From assembly GCF_009914755.1 (NCBI RefSeq), contig NC_060935.1: a stretch of 64,000 nucleotides of DNA, one strand, 5' to 3'. Source of the stretch: the human T2T-CHM13v2.0 reference genome, Homo sapiens. The position numbers and the translations under genes were made by a program. Each line of letters opens with the position of its first letter. Position 1 is the first letter of the stretch. Positions 27,036 to 39,630 of this stretch are shown here, piece after piece. The notes under the pieces are model-generated. The model made no database searches. It saw nothing but the letters and a program-made list of their open reading frames with translations, and was not told where the DNA came from.

Positions 27036-27339
27036 GAAGTGTCCTTCCTGCTGCGTACAAAAGGCAGCAATGCAGTAGAGTGGGATCAGAGGGGATTGGG
27101 CTGCATACACCTTGGGCTTTCTGCACCTCAGTCCCCTCAACGGTAAACTGTGGAGAATAAGACCTTGTCACATTGGGAGATCATTCATGATCCGGTCTGT
27201 GAAGGAAATAAGGAAATACCTGAAACACAAAGATATTTAATAAAAGGCAACTATTGATCAGTTTATTTAGCATGTATTTAAGGAGCATCTTTTTAGTGTT
27301 CTATGCGCTGAAAGAATGAGGGGAACACGCGTGTGTGAG
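27036..27339 (+). ncRNA. Candidate exon of a divergent lncRNA
   Basis: Acceptor ctttttttttcatttttacag| and consensus donor GAG|GTAAGT, about 1 kb from the CpG island. Confidence 0.3.
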
Positions 27340-27605
27340 GTAAGTTTCCTACCTTCAAAGGAGTTTGAGCTGTAGCTCCACACTAGGGCAGAGGGATTGG
27401 GAGCATATGGGATGCAGCTAAATATGAAATTAGCAAGCCTCAAGGTTTAAATTGGGGCAGTGGTACTGCCGTGTGAATTGCTTTAATTCATTATCATTGT
27501 AAATGCCATTTTCCTCTAAATATTATGTACACAACTTCCCAAGGCCACTGCTAAAAATTAATGAATAATTTTATGAGGCAAGCAGAGCCACTGATGTAGG
27601 ACTCA

Positions 27606-28013
<408 letters not shown>

Positions 28014-28119
28014 GAAAGTGTCATCCTTTATAGGTTAGAGTTGTGTATCTTGCAATGCAAGTCTCAGAGGAAAAGTTTACACATTTTACACTAATGGCTT
28101 CTAATGAATCACCCCTACT

Positions 28120-28503
28120 GAGTTGTCCTTCTGTAGCTCCCTCCCACGTTGACCCTGGAGTTGGCCTTGTGACTTGCTTTAGCTACTGGGACATGAACAA
28201 ATATGACACAAGCAGGGGCTTTCGATGTGCACTTGTGCCTTGCTCCTTGCTTTCTTGAAATGCTATCCTGAGACTGCCATGAAGAAACCTGGTCCAACTC
28301 CTTGAAGAGGAAAGACCCTGAGAAGAGAAAGCCTTGCTGTCCCAGCTATGCAGCCCACCAGCTCTCAGCCACATGAGTGAGCTCCAGGGAAAGCCAGCCA
28401 AAAATAGTCCAGCCAACCCAGGAATTGTGAGAAATAAAATGGTGGTTGTTTCAAATCACTAAGTGTTAGGGTGGTTTGTTATACAGTAATAGATAACTGA
28501 CAC
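28120..28503 (+). mobile_element. MLT1 (old MaLR) solo LTR
   Basis: ggccttgtgacttgcttt...aattgtgagaaataaaatggtggttgtttcaa...gtggtttgttatacagtaatagataactgaca. Confidence 0.75.
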
Positions 28504-29769
28504 ACAGATCACTCACAGGCACTCCTGCAGTTACAAGTTCTAGATGAAATTCACCCAAGAATCAGTACTCTTGCTAGCGTTTTCTGTTATGAAGCATTCA
28601 GTTGAAGTCACTAAATCTAAGCTTAGCAGAGCATCACACTTCATGTAAATACCCTCTTTGAAAGTTCTTCATTGAATTGGTTACTGAGCCTAGTACTGTT
28701 TAAAATCCTTTGGCAGTCAACATAACAATGGGCTGGCAAAATCAGCTTGTAAGCTACCAAAAGCTTTAAACGTTAGAACTCCCTGGAACATCAACAGCAG
28801 GTATCATAGAGGTTAGGTGTGTTTATCTCTCCCACTTGATTGTAAGCTCCTTAATGACAATTACATTTATTGGCATGGTTTTATCATAGATCACGAAACA
28901 TCAGAGATGGAGTTAGAGATCATCTAACCCACCACCTCATTTTACAGATGAGAAAACTGGGGCTAAGAGAAATCATCAGAGCCTTACAAATATCCAAGGT
29001 CCTGGAGCTGGCTCAGAGCAGAACTGGGATGACCAATTCACAGTTCTTTACGCTGTTAGTTGAACTCTTCTGTTTTTCCTTTGTGACATTTTTGCTATTT
29101 AAAATATTCTTCCCATGCTCAAAATATGTCTGTAACTTTCCTATGTGCTGGTGATAAAATCTAAACGATTATACATGGCCCCATGAGGTCTGGTGCAGCT
29201 TGCCCCTACAGAGATATTGGTACTGTTCTGCCCCTCACTCAGCACACTTTGCCCAACTGGCTTTCTTTCTGTTCCCCAAACCAGCAAGCTCTTCTCTACT
29301 TCACAGAAAGCCCCTTCCACATGCTGTTCCTTCCACTGACGTGCTCTTTCCCAAACTCTTCACTTTGCTAAATCCCGCTTTCCAGAACCCATTAGAGTTC
29401 TGTGGTACATTATTTGGGAAATAATGTAAACAAAAAAATTTGGTGGACATAGAGGTAGCTCTCAGTCTCTTCAGCCAAGTTTTGGAAAGCTCAAAGACCA
29501 AACAGCTCAGGAATCTTATGGAGATTTGATTCCTAACAGACACCTTGTTGAGGCTCAACCAGTGGAACAAGCCACTCTGGTTTTTCTGTTTTTGCATCAC
29601 TCCACTCAAGATTCCAAACCCTAGAAGAACGTCAGCCTTGGTTAGCTTGGCCACATGCCTACCCTCAGCCAGAGAAGAACAGGACACCTTGAATGAAAGC
29701 CTCCAAACATAATCATCAGGGCATTGTTACCAAAGAAGGGAAAGTTGATCAAGGATAACAAAACCAGTG

Positions 29770-30075
29770 AATGTCCACTACATAATCTCTCGGGCCTTGC
29801 CTTAAATGTCGTCTTCTCAGAGAAGCTTTTCTTAACCACCCCATCTGTTGCACGCTTTCATGACACTCCTTGTTTTTTTCACTGTTCTCATCATATTTTT
29901 ATAGTTACATATTCTCATGTGTTTGTGTCTCTCGAATTCTCCCTCCACGAGAAAAGGGACTGCGTTTGCTTGCCCACTACTATACCTTCAATACCTAGCA
30001 TGGAGCCTGGTGCATACAGGAACTCAATAAATATGTATTAAATCAATCAATAAATGAGCAAACAAATGAATGAAT
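29770..30075 (+). mobile_element. L2 3' end
   Basis: cctagcatggagcctggtgcatacaggaactcaataaatatgt...aatgaatgaat. Confidence 0.65.
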
Positions 30076-31048
30076 AATATAAGCCTTGTGAGTCTTCTGA
30101 CTTAATCCATGTGATATTAACTTTGTAGGAAGAAGGAGAAAAGACAAAGAGAATATAATGAGTGTAGGCTGTGGAAGATTCTCTCTGCTGGGTCCCTTTG
30201 TGATGCTGTGGGGAGGACAAAGACTCGTGTGCAGGATAAATGAAGAAACACAACCTTGTGCATCAGAGATAAGCCATGTGTTGTGCTATGCTGTACTGTC
30301 CTTGAGGGATAAATTATGCAAGTAATGAAGTAAGAGGGGGAGGCCTAGAATGGTGGTCTGCATGTCTCAGAATGTTTGCAGAAGTAGGAACCCTCAAAAC
30401 TGCTGCCTGACTGCAGCTGCCAGGAGCTGAGGTCAGGAATGTATGTTCATAAACCTACTCCCTTGGCCCCTGTTCATGCCTGGCTGTGCATTCTCTGTAG
30501 CAGAAGTTCCAGAGTTATCTGCCGATGGCTGCAAATCCACAGACAGGTTTTTCACAACTCAGAGGTAAAATGAGAGTAATCAGAGCAATGTAAAGCTAAA
30601 TGTATGCAATTCTTGTATCAATGATTATTATATTTGTAATCATTTGGATGTGGGTTTTTTGTTTTGGTCATTTTTTGGCAAAATAAAAAGTTGACAGCCT
30701 CAGTTTCCATTCCCACTCCCAAAATGTTTTTGTAATGGTTTTGGTCTATGAAATCTGAAAGCCTCAGAAATTCTCACTTTATAATCTCAGAGACCTGGAC
30801 AATCCCTGCAAAGGCTTCAGACCCATCAGAAAATCAACTGTTGTTGTTTTGTTGTTTCTCATGTTTTAATCATGTAGCCTGTTTCCTTTTCTGCCTCATA
30901 CCTACTTGGCAGTCATTTAACTCCAGTGGTGAAAACATGGGGTTAAGGGGACTTCACTGCCAGAATCACATCTGTGGCTGTGGGTCAGGAGGGAGCTGGG
31001 CCTTGGTTCTGTCCTGTCCACAAGGAAGACCTGGACTTGAGGTCTGGT

Positions 31049-31487
31049 TGTTACCAGTGGAGGGTCCAGGTTCTTGGCATTTCGAACATTTGAACAAAGA
31101 ACTGGAGAAAACACACAAACAAAGCAAGGAAAGAGTGAAGCAACAAAAGCAGAAATTTATTGAAAATGAAACTCTACAGGGTGGGAACAGCCTCAAGCAG
31201 GTGGCTCAAGGGCCCTGGGTACAGAATTTTCTGGGGCTTAAATACCCTCTAGAGGTTTCCCACTGGTTACTTGGTGTATACCCTGCATAAATAAAGAGGC
31301 TGAAGTGAAGTTGCAAAGTTATTTATTTGGTGTACACTCTATGCGTATGAAGAGGTTATTTCCTGTCATAGCTGAAGTAGAGTTACAGAGTTATTTACTT
31401 GGTCGTAGAAAGTTGGGGTTTTTCCGTTTGATTTGCTTCTAGGAAGTCCTTAGTTTTCCTGCCCTGAGACTCTATTCCCCTGCCTTA
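31049..31487 (-). mobile_element. MER51-like ERV1 solo LTR
   Basis: Reverse complement begins taaggcaggggaatagagtctcagggcagg; 4-bp TSD tggt at 31045-31048 and 31488-31491. Confidence 0.85.
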
Positions 31488-31749
31488 TGGTCAGTGGCCA
31501 TGAGTGTGTGTGTACACTCACATGCATGTGTGTGTACTTATGGCAGGGAGAGTCCTTGGGTGTCCCCAACACTCTTCCACCGTAGGGGAGCTACTTAACC
31601 CTAAGAGGAGATATTGTTCTTAATCCCTGTTTTACAAAGAAGGAAAATAAGACTTAGAACGTTTAAGCAATTCACCCCAAGCCTGGTTAAATACAAAGTT
31701 CAAATACTTAATTAACCTTAACCTCTTTGGTCATAGTTCAGGTGCTTGA

Positions 31750-32166
<417 letters not shown>

Positions 32167-32763
32167 TAAGTTAAGAGGGAAAACTACCAGCTTCTTGGAT
32201 TTAAGAAGCCGTAGAGCTTGAAGTCCTGTACATTTATGTAAGTATCAAGTGTTATAATAAAAATGTCTTTTTCTCACTGGTAGTAATTCTTTTAAAGACT
32301 TCAAACAAAATTATACCTATTCTTGGAAATTAAGTAAGCATGCCCATTTTCATAAAGCTGTGAAATCCCATATAAGGAAAAGTTTTAAGATCTCTGCTTT
32401 CGTTTGAAAAAAGCACCAGAGCGCTACTGAAAAGTTCAACCCAAATCTTCATGCTTACTGCCCTGTTTTCTGAAATTTAAGTCTCTAGCTAAAGAATGGG
32501 AAGGAATTCCTACTCTACCCCTGCTGCCGGCAACCAAAGCATGCTCTCAAGCCAAGAACACCAGTGAACCCTTTAAATTTCTCCACAACTTTCTCCCTGC
32601 TGGCAAATGTCAAGTTTCTATTTCAAAAGAAATAAGAGCGTCATTAACATGCCTGTCTTCATGCTCTTCTAACTCCTTTCAGAATTTTGGGGGGTTTTGC
32701 TTGAGAAAGTAAGACCACACTAAGATCACAACTCCCCAGGGTGTATCATTAAAGGTGGAACTC

Positions 32764-33055
32764 GGCCAGGCATGGTGCCTCATGCCTGTAATCCCAACAA
32801 TTTGGGAGACTGAGGTAGGAGGACCGCTTGAGCTCAGGAGTTCGAGATCAGCCTGGGCAACATGGTGAAACCGCATCTCTACAAAAAATTTTAAAAAATT
32901 AAAAAATAAAAATAGCCAGGCGTGGTGGCACACCCTGGTAGTCCCAGCTACTTGGGGGGCTGAGGCAGGAGGAGCACTTGAGCTCAGGAATTTGAGGCTA
33001 CAGTGAGCTGTTATCGCACCATTGCACTCCAGCCTGGGTGACGGTGAGACCCTGA
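32764..33055 (+). mobile_element. AluJ-like with rearranged 3' tail
   Basis: Dimeric Alu followed by a T-rich rather than A-rich tract; TSD-like aaaggtggaact (32751) / aaaatggaact (33121). Confidence 0.93.
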
Positions 33056-33419
33056 ATTTTTTTAATTTTTATTTTTACTTTATTTTTTCAGGGAAAGTAT
33101 GTGGCAGAGAAGAAAAAACAAAAATGGAACTGTTGGTGTGTTTAGAAGGGAGCAGGGGAGCTCCACTTTTATTCCATAGGCTGTAAATAGCCCACTATCA
33201 TTTTTAAATCCCAAAGTAAAAAATAACACTTAATTACCTTAACTTTCAAACCTATAACCACAAGATCTTCATTAGTGACTCATATACCAGCTGTACCTTT
33301 TGGTCTGGCACATTTTTTAACATCAAAGGTGTTTCCTATCAACTATGTCTTTTTCCCCAAGGGAGCTTCATCTTTATCAGAAAGCAATGAGAACGTTTCT
33401 AGTCTATACTTAACTCTTC

Positions 33420-33720
33420 AATCACTTCACATGTATTTACGGAACACCTAGTACATGCAGGCAATTTATCGAGTTGTGTGAATATAAAAGCAAAAAAGAC
33501 ATATACTCCTTTCCTTCCCTAGAGAAACTCACAGATCAGTGGAGAGAAAAAAATGTATATAATTACAAATTTTACAAATTAAGCGTGCTGAAGAGAAAGA
33601 ACAAGGTTCTATGAGAAAGTTTTATAAAGAGAACAAGTTTTATATTGAAAGGTCAGAGAAGACCTTTCTGGAAGTGATCTGAAAGTTTGACCAAAGAGAT
33701 GAACAGGTATTGGCCCAGTG
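33420..33720 (-). mobile_element. L2 fragment
   Basis: tatttacggaacacctagtacatgcaggca...gtcagagaagacctttctggaagtga. Confidence 0.55.
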
Positions 33721-34534
33721 AGGAACCTCCTGGGGACGTGGTCCTCCTCACCCAAGGCTTCTCTATGTCTCGGACAATGATCAGGACAAGAAGTGCAACT
33801 TCTCGGTGCATCATTGCTTTCAGAGAGGAGTCTTGGGGCCCTGTCTCCCCAGAGGTGCAGAGGCAAGACAGGGAGTCCCCAGCTTCTTCCACAGGGGCTT
33901 CCTTCTCTATCCAACCCACACTCTGCTCTCTGAATTCCTGACTCCCCTCAGCTGCAGCACTTAGGTGAGTATTTTACTCCAGGTGAGTATTTTGCTAGTT
34001 CCTGTGCATATGCAGTCTCTGCACCTAAACTGTCAGTGCCTGGAGAGCGGATGGCTCTATCTAACTCTCCTTTTTTAATGCTCATAGTGTCTACAAGAGA
34101 ACTTGATTCATAGCCACCATTCAACAAACACCTGTTTAATGGGATTGAATTTTCAGCATTTAGTAGTGTACTAAACATCTGATGTGAAATAAGAGCCAAA
34201 TTAGGCAAAGTAAGCATGATTTAGAAGTGCAGAGATGGAAAGAAAATGGTATGAAGAGCATTGGTGTAGAAGTACTTCCTGAAACTTGAAGGAATCCATC
34301 TGGTATCGCTTTGATTGACTTTGTTAAGGACACAATTCCTAGGTTCTGAGACTCCTCAACTCTAAGATGCAACAGTCATTGAACAACAGTTTACTTTTTG
34401 AGGGGTGAAAAATGGCTGCTTTCAATGTTTACATATATTGAGAGCCATAGAGCCATATTCTGACTTTGGAAACACTAAAATGTTTCCAAAAAGTATGTTT
34501 TATAATTTAAAAAAAAGTCAGTACTCATCACTAC

Positions 34535-34821
34535 TTTTTTTTTTTTTTTTTTTTTTGAGACACAGTTTCACTCTGTCGCTCAGGCTGAAGTGCAGTGGCA
34601 CAATCTCGGCTCACTGCAATCTCCTCCTCCAGGGTTCAAGCCTTCCAAGTAATTGGGATTACAGGCATGCACCACCACAGCCAGCTAATTTTTGTATTTT
34701 TAGTAGAGATGGGGTTTCACCCTGTTGGCCAGGCTGGTTTCAAACTCCCAGCCTCAGGTGATCCACCCACCTCGGCCTCCCAAAGTGCTGGGATTACAGG
34801 CGTAGGCCACCGTGCCCAGCC
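34535..34821 (-). mobile_element. AluS-like
   Basis: Antisense Alu with T-tail and small right-arm deletion. Confidence 0.95.
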
Positions 34822-34823
34822 AC

Positions 34824-34824
<1 letters not shown>

Positions 34825-34871
<47 letters not shown>

Positions 34872-35156
34872 TTTGAGACAGAGTCTCGATCTGTTCCCCA
34901 GGCTGTAGTACAATGGCGTGATCTCGGCTCACTGCAACCTCTGTCTCCCGGGTTCAAGCGATTCTCCTGCCTCAGCCTCCTGAGTAGCTGGGATTACAGG
35001 CACCCGCTAACAAGCCCGGCTAATTTTTGTATTTTTAGTAGAGACAGGGTTTCACCATGTCGTTTAGGCTGGTCCCAAAGTCCTAACCTCAGGTGATCCA
35101 CCTGCCTCAGCCTCCCAAAGTGCTGGGATTACAGGCGTGAGCCACCGCACCTGGCC
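34825..35156 (-). mobile_element. AluS-like with (TTA)n tail, tandem to the previous Alu
   Basis: (TTA)n at about 34825-34872 then full antisense Alu. Confidence 0.95.
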
Positions 35157-35569
35157 CACATTATTACTTTTAACAGGACTTTGTTTTCTCTTTTGCCTAC
35201 CTCATGTCCACATCAATTTAATTTTTTTTTTGTAATAGTGCCTCAAATTCCTTTTAGGAAATTATTCTTCCTTATTATATACAGCCTGCTGGGTTATTTC
35301 ATCAAGGTGTGCAACTTTCCCCTAGTGAAGGGATTGAGGGACACCCTACCCAAGCTAGACTATTCAGATGTGTCAACAGTGACCAGAACGTCAAAGGCCT
35401 GGCCACAGATGGAGCTTACTCATTCCAGGCATGGGATGTAGACAAGACTGTCCAGAGCTTCTGCTACAAAAAGCCTCTAAAACCACATGGTTCCAAAGTC
35501 CATTTCTGTTATTTACAGGCAAAGAATTCTAAATGGGACAGTGCTTTTTGCTGATAGTACATCTAAAAC

Positions 35570-36185
35570 TGAAGTTCTTAATCTGAGGTCCAGAGACTTG
35601 GACATGGTTCATGGGTGGGTGTCAGGGTTCAACAGATAAGATATAATTTTTATATCTGCTGATGAGTTTATTTTCCCAGTGAGATGGTCTACAGGCAGCT
35701 TTGATCAGATTCTCAAAGGGGTCTATGGCTGAAAATGGATTAGAAACAATTGATCCCAGAGCAGGAGTTCTTAATAAGTCTGTGTATAAACTCAGATGGG
35801 CAAAAATTATATCTTTGTTTGTACTAACTTCCATTCATGGTTGCTTATTTATGAATGTTGGTAACAAACCACAGTATTATTAGCAATTCCCATGAATTTG
35901 CTACCAGTAGAAATCAGATATTTTCATATCATGTTACAGTGTTGCAGATCTCAAAACATAATTTACACCTTTCACTGCTTTAAAATTACAGTGTTAGTAG
36001 ACCCAAGCTAGATCTTGTTATTCAATGTGTTAATAAAGAAGCATATATATTACTTGATCACCAGATACTTTAATATTTTAAAGCTGCATCTTAACATAAC
36101 TGGTTTCCTTGGTAATCTGTATGCTTTAGTTTCTTCAAAACATTATTCTAAGTAGTCCAAGGGCTTCATCAGACTGCCAAGCCTA
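35570..36185. mobile_element. hAT-Charlie-like DNA transposon relics (probably two adjacent)
   Basis: gttcttaatctgaggtcca...gatcagattctcaaaggggtc; ...gcttcatcagactgccaa resemble Charlie-family ends. Confidence 0.45.
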
Positions 36186-36439
36186 TAATACCAAAAAGTC
36201 ACTAGCCCTCTTAGGAAAATCTTGGTAGGACCAAGCCTCCTAGCCTTACCTTTATTTGCTCTACAAAGCCAGGTTCTATCTGGTAGTTCCTCTCCTTTCA
36301 ATAACCTGACATCTTGGTTCCCAGCATTGCAACTTCTGAATACTTCCAAAGCAGCAGGCATTGCCTAAGTCCAGAAAAACACAAACTTATACAAACCATA
36401 GGACAAAACAAGAGCAAAAAGAGAGAGAAAGAGAGAGAG

Positions 36440-36735
36440 ATCCAGAATAGGTGGATCCAGAGAGGCAGAAAGCAGATTGGTGGTTGCAAGGGCCTGCAGC
36501 GAGGGGGAAACAGGGAGTGACAGCTTAATGGGGGGATTGACCCCATAATGGGTATAGGATTTCCTTTTGGGGTGATGAAAATGTGTTGGAAATTGATAGA
36601 GGTGATGATGGAACAGCACTGTGATGGTACTGGATGGTAATGAATTACATATGGCAAAAAAGCTAATTTTATGTTCTACGAATTAGCATTCATTAGCTCA
36701 ATAAAACAAAAACAAATAAGAAATAAATAAATAAA
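36440..36735 (+). mobile_element. L1MB-type 3' end
   Basis: gaaagcagattggtggttgc...ttttggggtgatgaaaatgt...; A-rich tail. Confidence 0.75.
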
Positions 36736-39297
36736 AGGCAACTCCATAACAAATTCACCTGGGAATTATGTAAAGTCCTACTTAGGGGAATAAAGAAAAA
36801 AATAATCCCAAAGTTTAACGGTATTCTATTTCCCTTTTTCCCCCTCAACCCACCCTCCCATCAAGTTGCTTCTGTACGCTGCAATTTGAGATCACTTACG
36901 AAATTGCTAATGTGTACTTTAGCCTACATATTAAATTCCGGTTTGCACTTATGCATATTAAAACACACCACTAAATACTCATCTGACAAGCTATATTTTA
37001 AACCCCAAACTAGGCTTTATTGTGCCTGGATGCATTTTTAATATACCCACTAAATTTCAGCCAGACTGAAGACTGGCTGGCAATAATGATTTATAAGGGA
37101 GGGTAGAGTCCCTCACTTTCTATCCCAGAGTCCGCTCCCACTTGAGGGTCTGGGGGTTGGCAGCCCCCTACTGCCTGCTGGCTCTGTGGAGCTTTTAGGA
37201 AAAGATTTCAAGCACGATCTCACGGCCTCAACCAGGATCTGAAAGATGACTGAAGGGCTTCCCATTCTGGTAATAGACCCCACCCAGGACCTCAGCATAT
37301 CCCATTAGAGCTTGCCAGCCTCCAACACAGCAGGATTGGATTGGCTGTCCACCGGCCCCTCTCATATCCTCCTCCATCGTTCTCTCTCTGCCAGGCTTTT
37401 GAAGTTCCTTTTCCTGCTCACGAACCCTGCTGGCACCACATAGCCTACAGGATAGTGTCCAAGTGCCTCAGTCGGGAAAGCAAGAACTGACCTTTTTTTG
37501 AAGCCCCACACAATAGAAAGCTTTCATATCAAGCACCCCATTTAACTTCATGAAAACCACGACTAGGCTTATTATGGCCATTTAGGGATGAAGACACTAA
37601 GGCAAAAGATCATATAAAGTCGCACAACTGGTCAAGCTTTCACCACATTTCTATTTCTCCTTCCTTTCCAACATTTTCTCTACCACTCACTCCTTTGTGT
37701 CAGCCAGGCAGGCCCCCTACTCACTGTCCCCTGACTGTCACACCTTGCCCACAGGGCCCCTCCACCTAAGGGCCTCCCCTTTCTGCATTCCAAATCCCAC
37801 CCATTCCTCAAGGTTTGGCTCAAGTCTCCCCTTCTCCAAAAAGCTTTCTTAGACCCCAGTTCTCTCCCCATCCTCTGAATTTCCACTTATTACGCCACTA
37901 CTCCTTGAACATATCCAGGTATTGCCTGGTGTGGAGTGTGTGTCTGGCCTCCTCCAGTAAAAACTAAACTCCCTGAGGACAGGAATTGTGTCTTATTCCT
38001 TTTGTATTTGCTACAAGTACCCTGTAGGATTGAGAGATCAAAACCGCTTGATTCTCTCAATCAGCAAGAGATTGATTTTTTTCAGGCCAAAGCATTGATC
38101 CTTTTTCCCAGTTTCTGTACTTCTCCCCTGTCTCCTGCCACATTCCCTACACAAGTCTCACGGGGCTCCCAGTCATCCTCTCCAGGCCGCCCTGCACAAG
38201 AGAGCCCCGCCTTGCACAGGGCTCCTTCCCTGCTGCATCATCTCCCCTAGATGCAGCCTGCTTCCTTTCCAGCTGGAGGATGAAGAAGGTTCTTTTTTCC
38301 TTTTACATGTCTAATGACATTGTTTTTTTCAGACAGGGACTTTGGGAAAAGTCATGGCAATGAAGTATGGAGCTTATTCAGAGAATGAGCAGGTTGTGTC
38401 CTATCTCCAGGTGTGTGACAGCTGCCAAGAGGGTAGTATGTGGACTGTTTTGGCAGGAGAAGGGGGTTCAGTGGTATTAAGCGCTCACAGGAAAGGACAG
38501 GGGCTTTGGGATGGGGGACACAGATGAAAAGCACTGTTGCCTGCATCATGTAATTTGACAGATACTGTAAGACTCCAGAGGTTCCCAACCATGTCCCTTT
38601 GAACTTATAATGTTTTCTTCTTTCCTTCTGTGTTCAAAATTCCTCACATTTTAGTTTTTCTCTGTTTTAGATGATGTGGTTAGCTAATATTTTGCAACAA
38701 AATTTATGTTTTCTTCTCTTTTTTTCTACCACGTCTTCTCCCACAACTTCCAAAAGCGCCTTATTTTTTCAGGGATGTGGCAGGGAAGAAATCAGGGATT
38801 AATCAGTAATATCTCTAGGACTTTGTTTTCCAAAGTCCTCTATCTTTTGAAGACCTAAGAGGGTTCACGAAGGAGGTTAAAGAAAGAGGCAATTCATAGA
38901 GTAACTTGAGCATTTGAATCAAGGCATTGGGAATAAGAAAGGATCCTCCCAAGACCATACAGCCAACCCCAGGCCAAGGCAGAAAAGAAAGAGGGTGTAT
39001 GATTCCAAAGAGGAATAGTTGCAAGCTCAGATGTTCAAATGCCTTCAAAGAATCAGAAGGTATTATGAACAAATAAATGAGTAAAGCTGGTAAAGAGACA
39101 AGCGGGAGTGGTAAGGATTAAGTCTACCTGGGGTTTTATGTCCTAAGTATATAATTTTGTTTAAAAAATGTATACTATGCTGGTGAAAAAAACACATCTT
39201 GGGCTTCATTCCACCCACTGGCAATCTCTGAATCTAGCTAGTTGTGATAGCCTTGTAAAAGATTTTTGTGCCTCAAGCATGAAATAAAATCTGCAGA

Positions 39298-39598
39298 GCC
39301 AGCCACAGTGCTGTGCACCTGTAGACTAAGCTACTCCAGAGGTGGGGCAGGAGGATTGCTTGAGCCCAGGAGATCTGTGCTGTAGTGCACTATGCCAATG
39401 GGATGTCTGCACTAAATGCAACATCAATATGGTGACCTCCCAGGAGCAGAGGACCAGCAGGATGCCTATGGAGGGGTGATCCAGCCCGGGTCAGAAACAG
39501 AGCAGGACAAAACTTCCATGCTGATCAGCAGTGGGATCACATCTGTGAATAGCCACTGCCAGTCTGGACAACATAGAAAGACCCTATCTCTAAAAAAA

Positions 39599-39629
<31 letters not shown>

Positions 39630-39630
39630 A
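39298..39630 (+). pseudogene. RN7SL: Full-length 7SL (SRP) RNA retropseudogene with (AAAT)n tail
   Basis: Alu domain ends plus the S domain absent from Alus: ctgtagtgcactatgcc...catcaatatggtgacctccc...ggaggggtga...ggtcagaaacagagcagg...tgctgatcagcagtgggatc...tgtgaatagccactgc; body ends 39591; CpGs decayed. Confidence 0.95.

Noticed and set aside
34405-35096. ORFs with poly-Y or poly-I and Alu-like peptides (similar ORFs at 27.6, 43.3 and 60.5 kb)
   Set aside because: Derived from antisense Alus and the (TTA)n tail.
39416-39601. 61-aa ORF, or a plain Alu call for this element
   Set aside because: The segment is the 7SL S domain, non-coding and absent from Alus.
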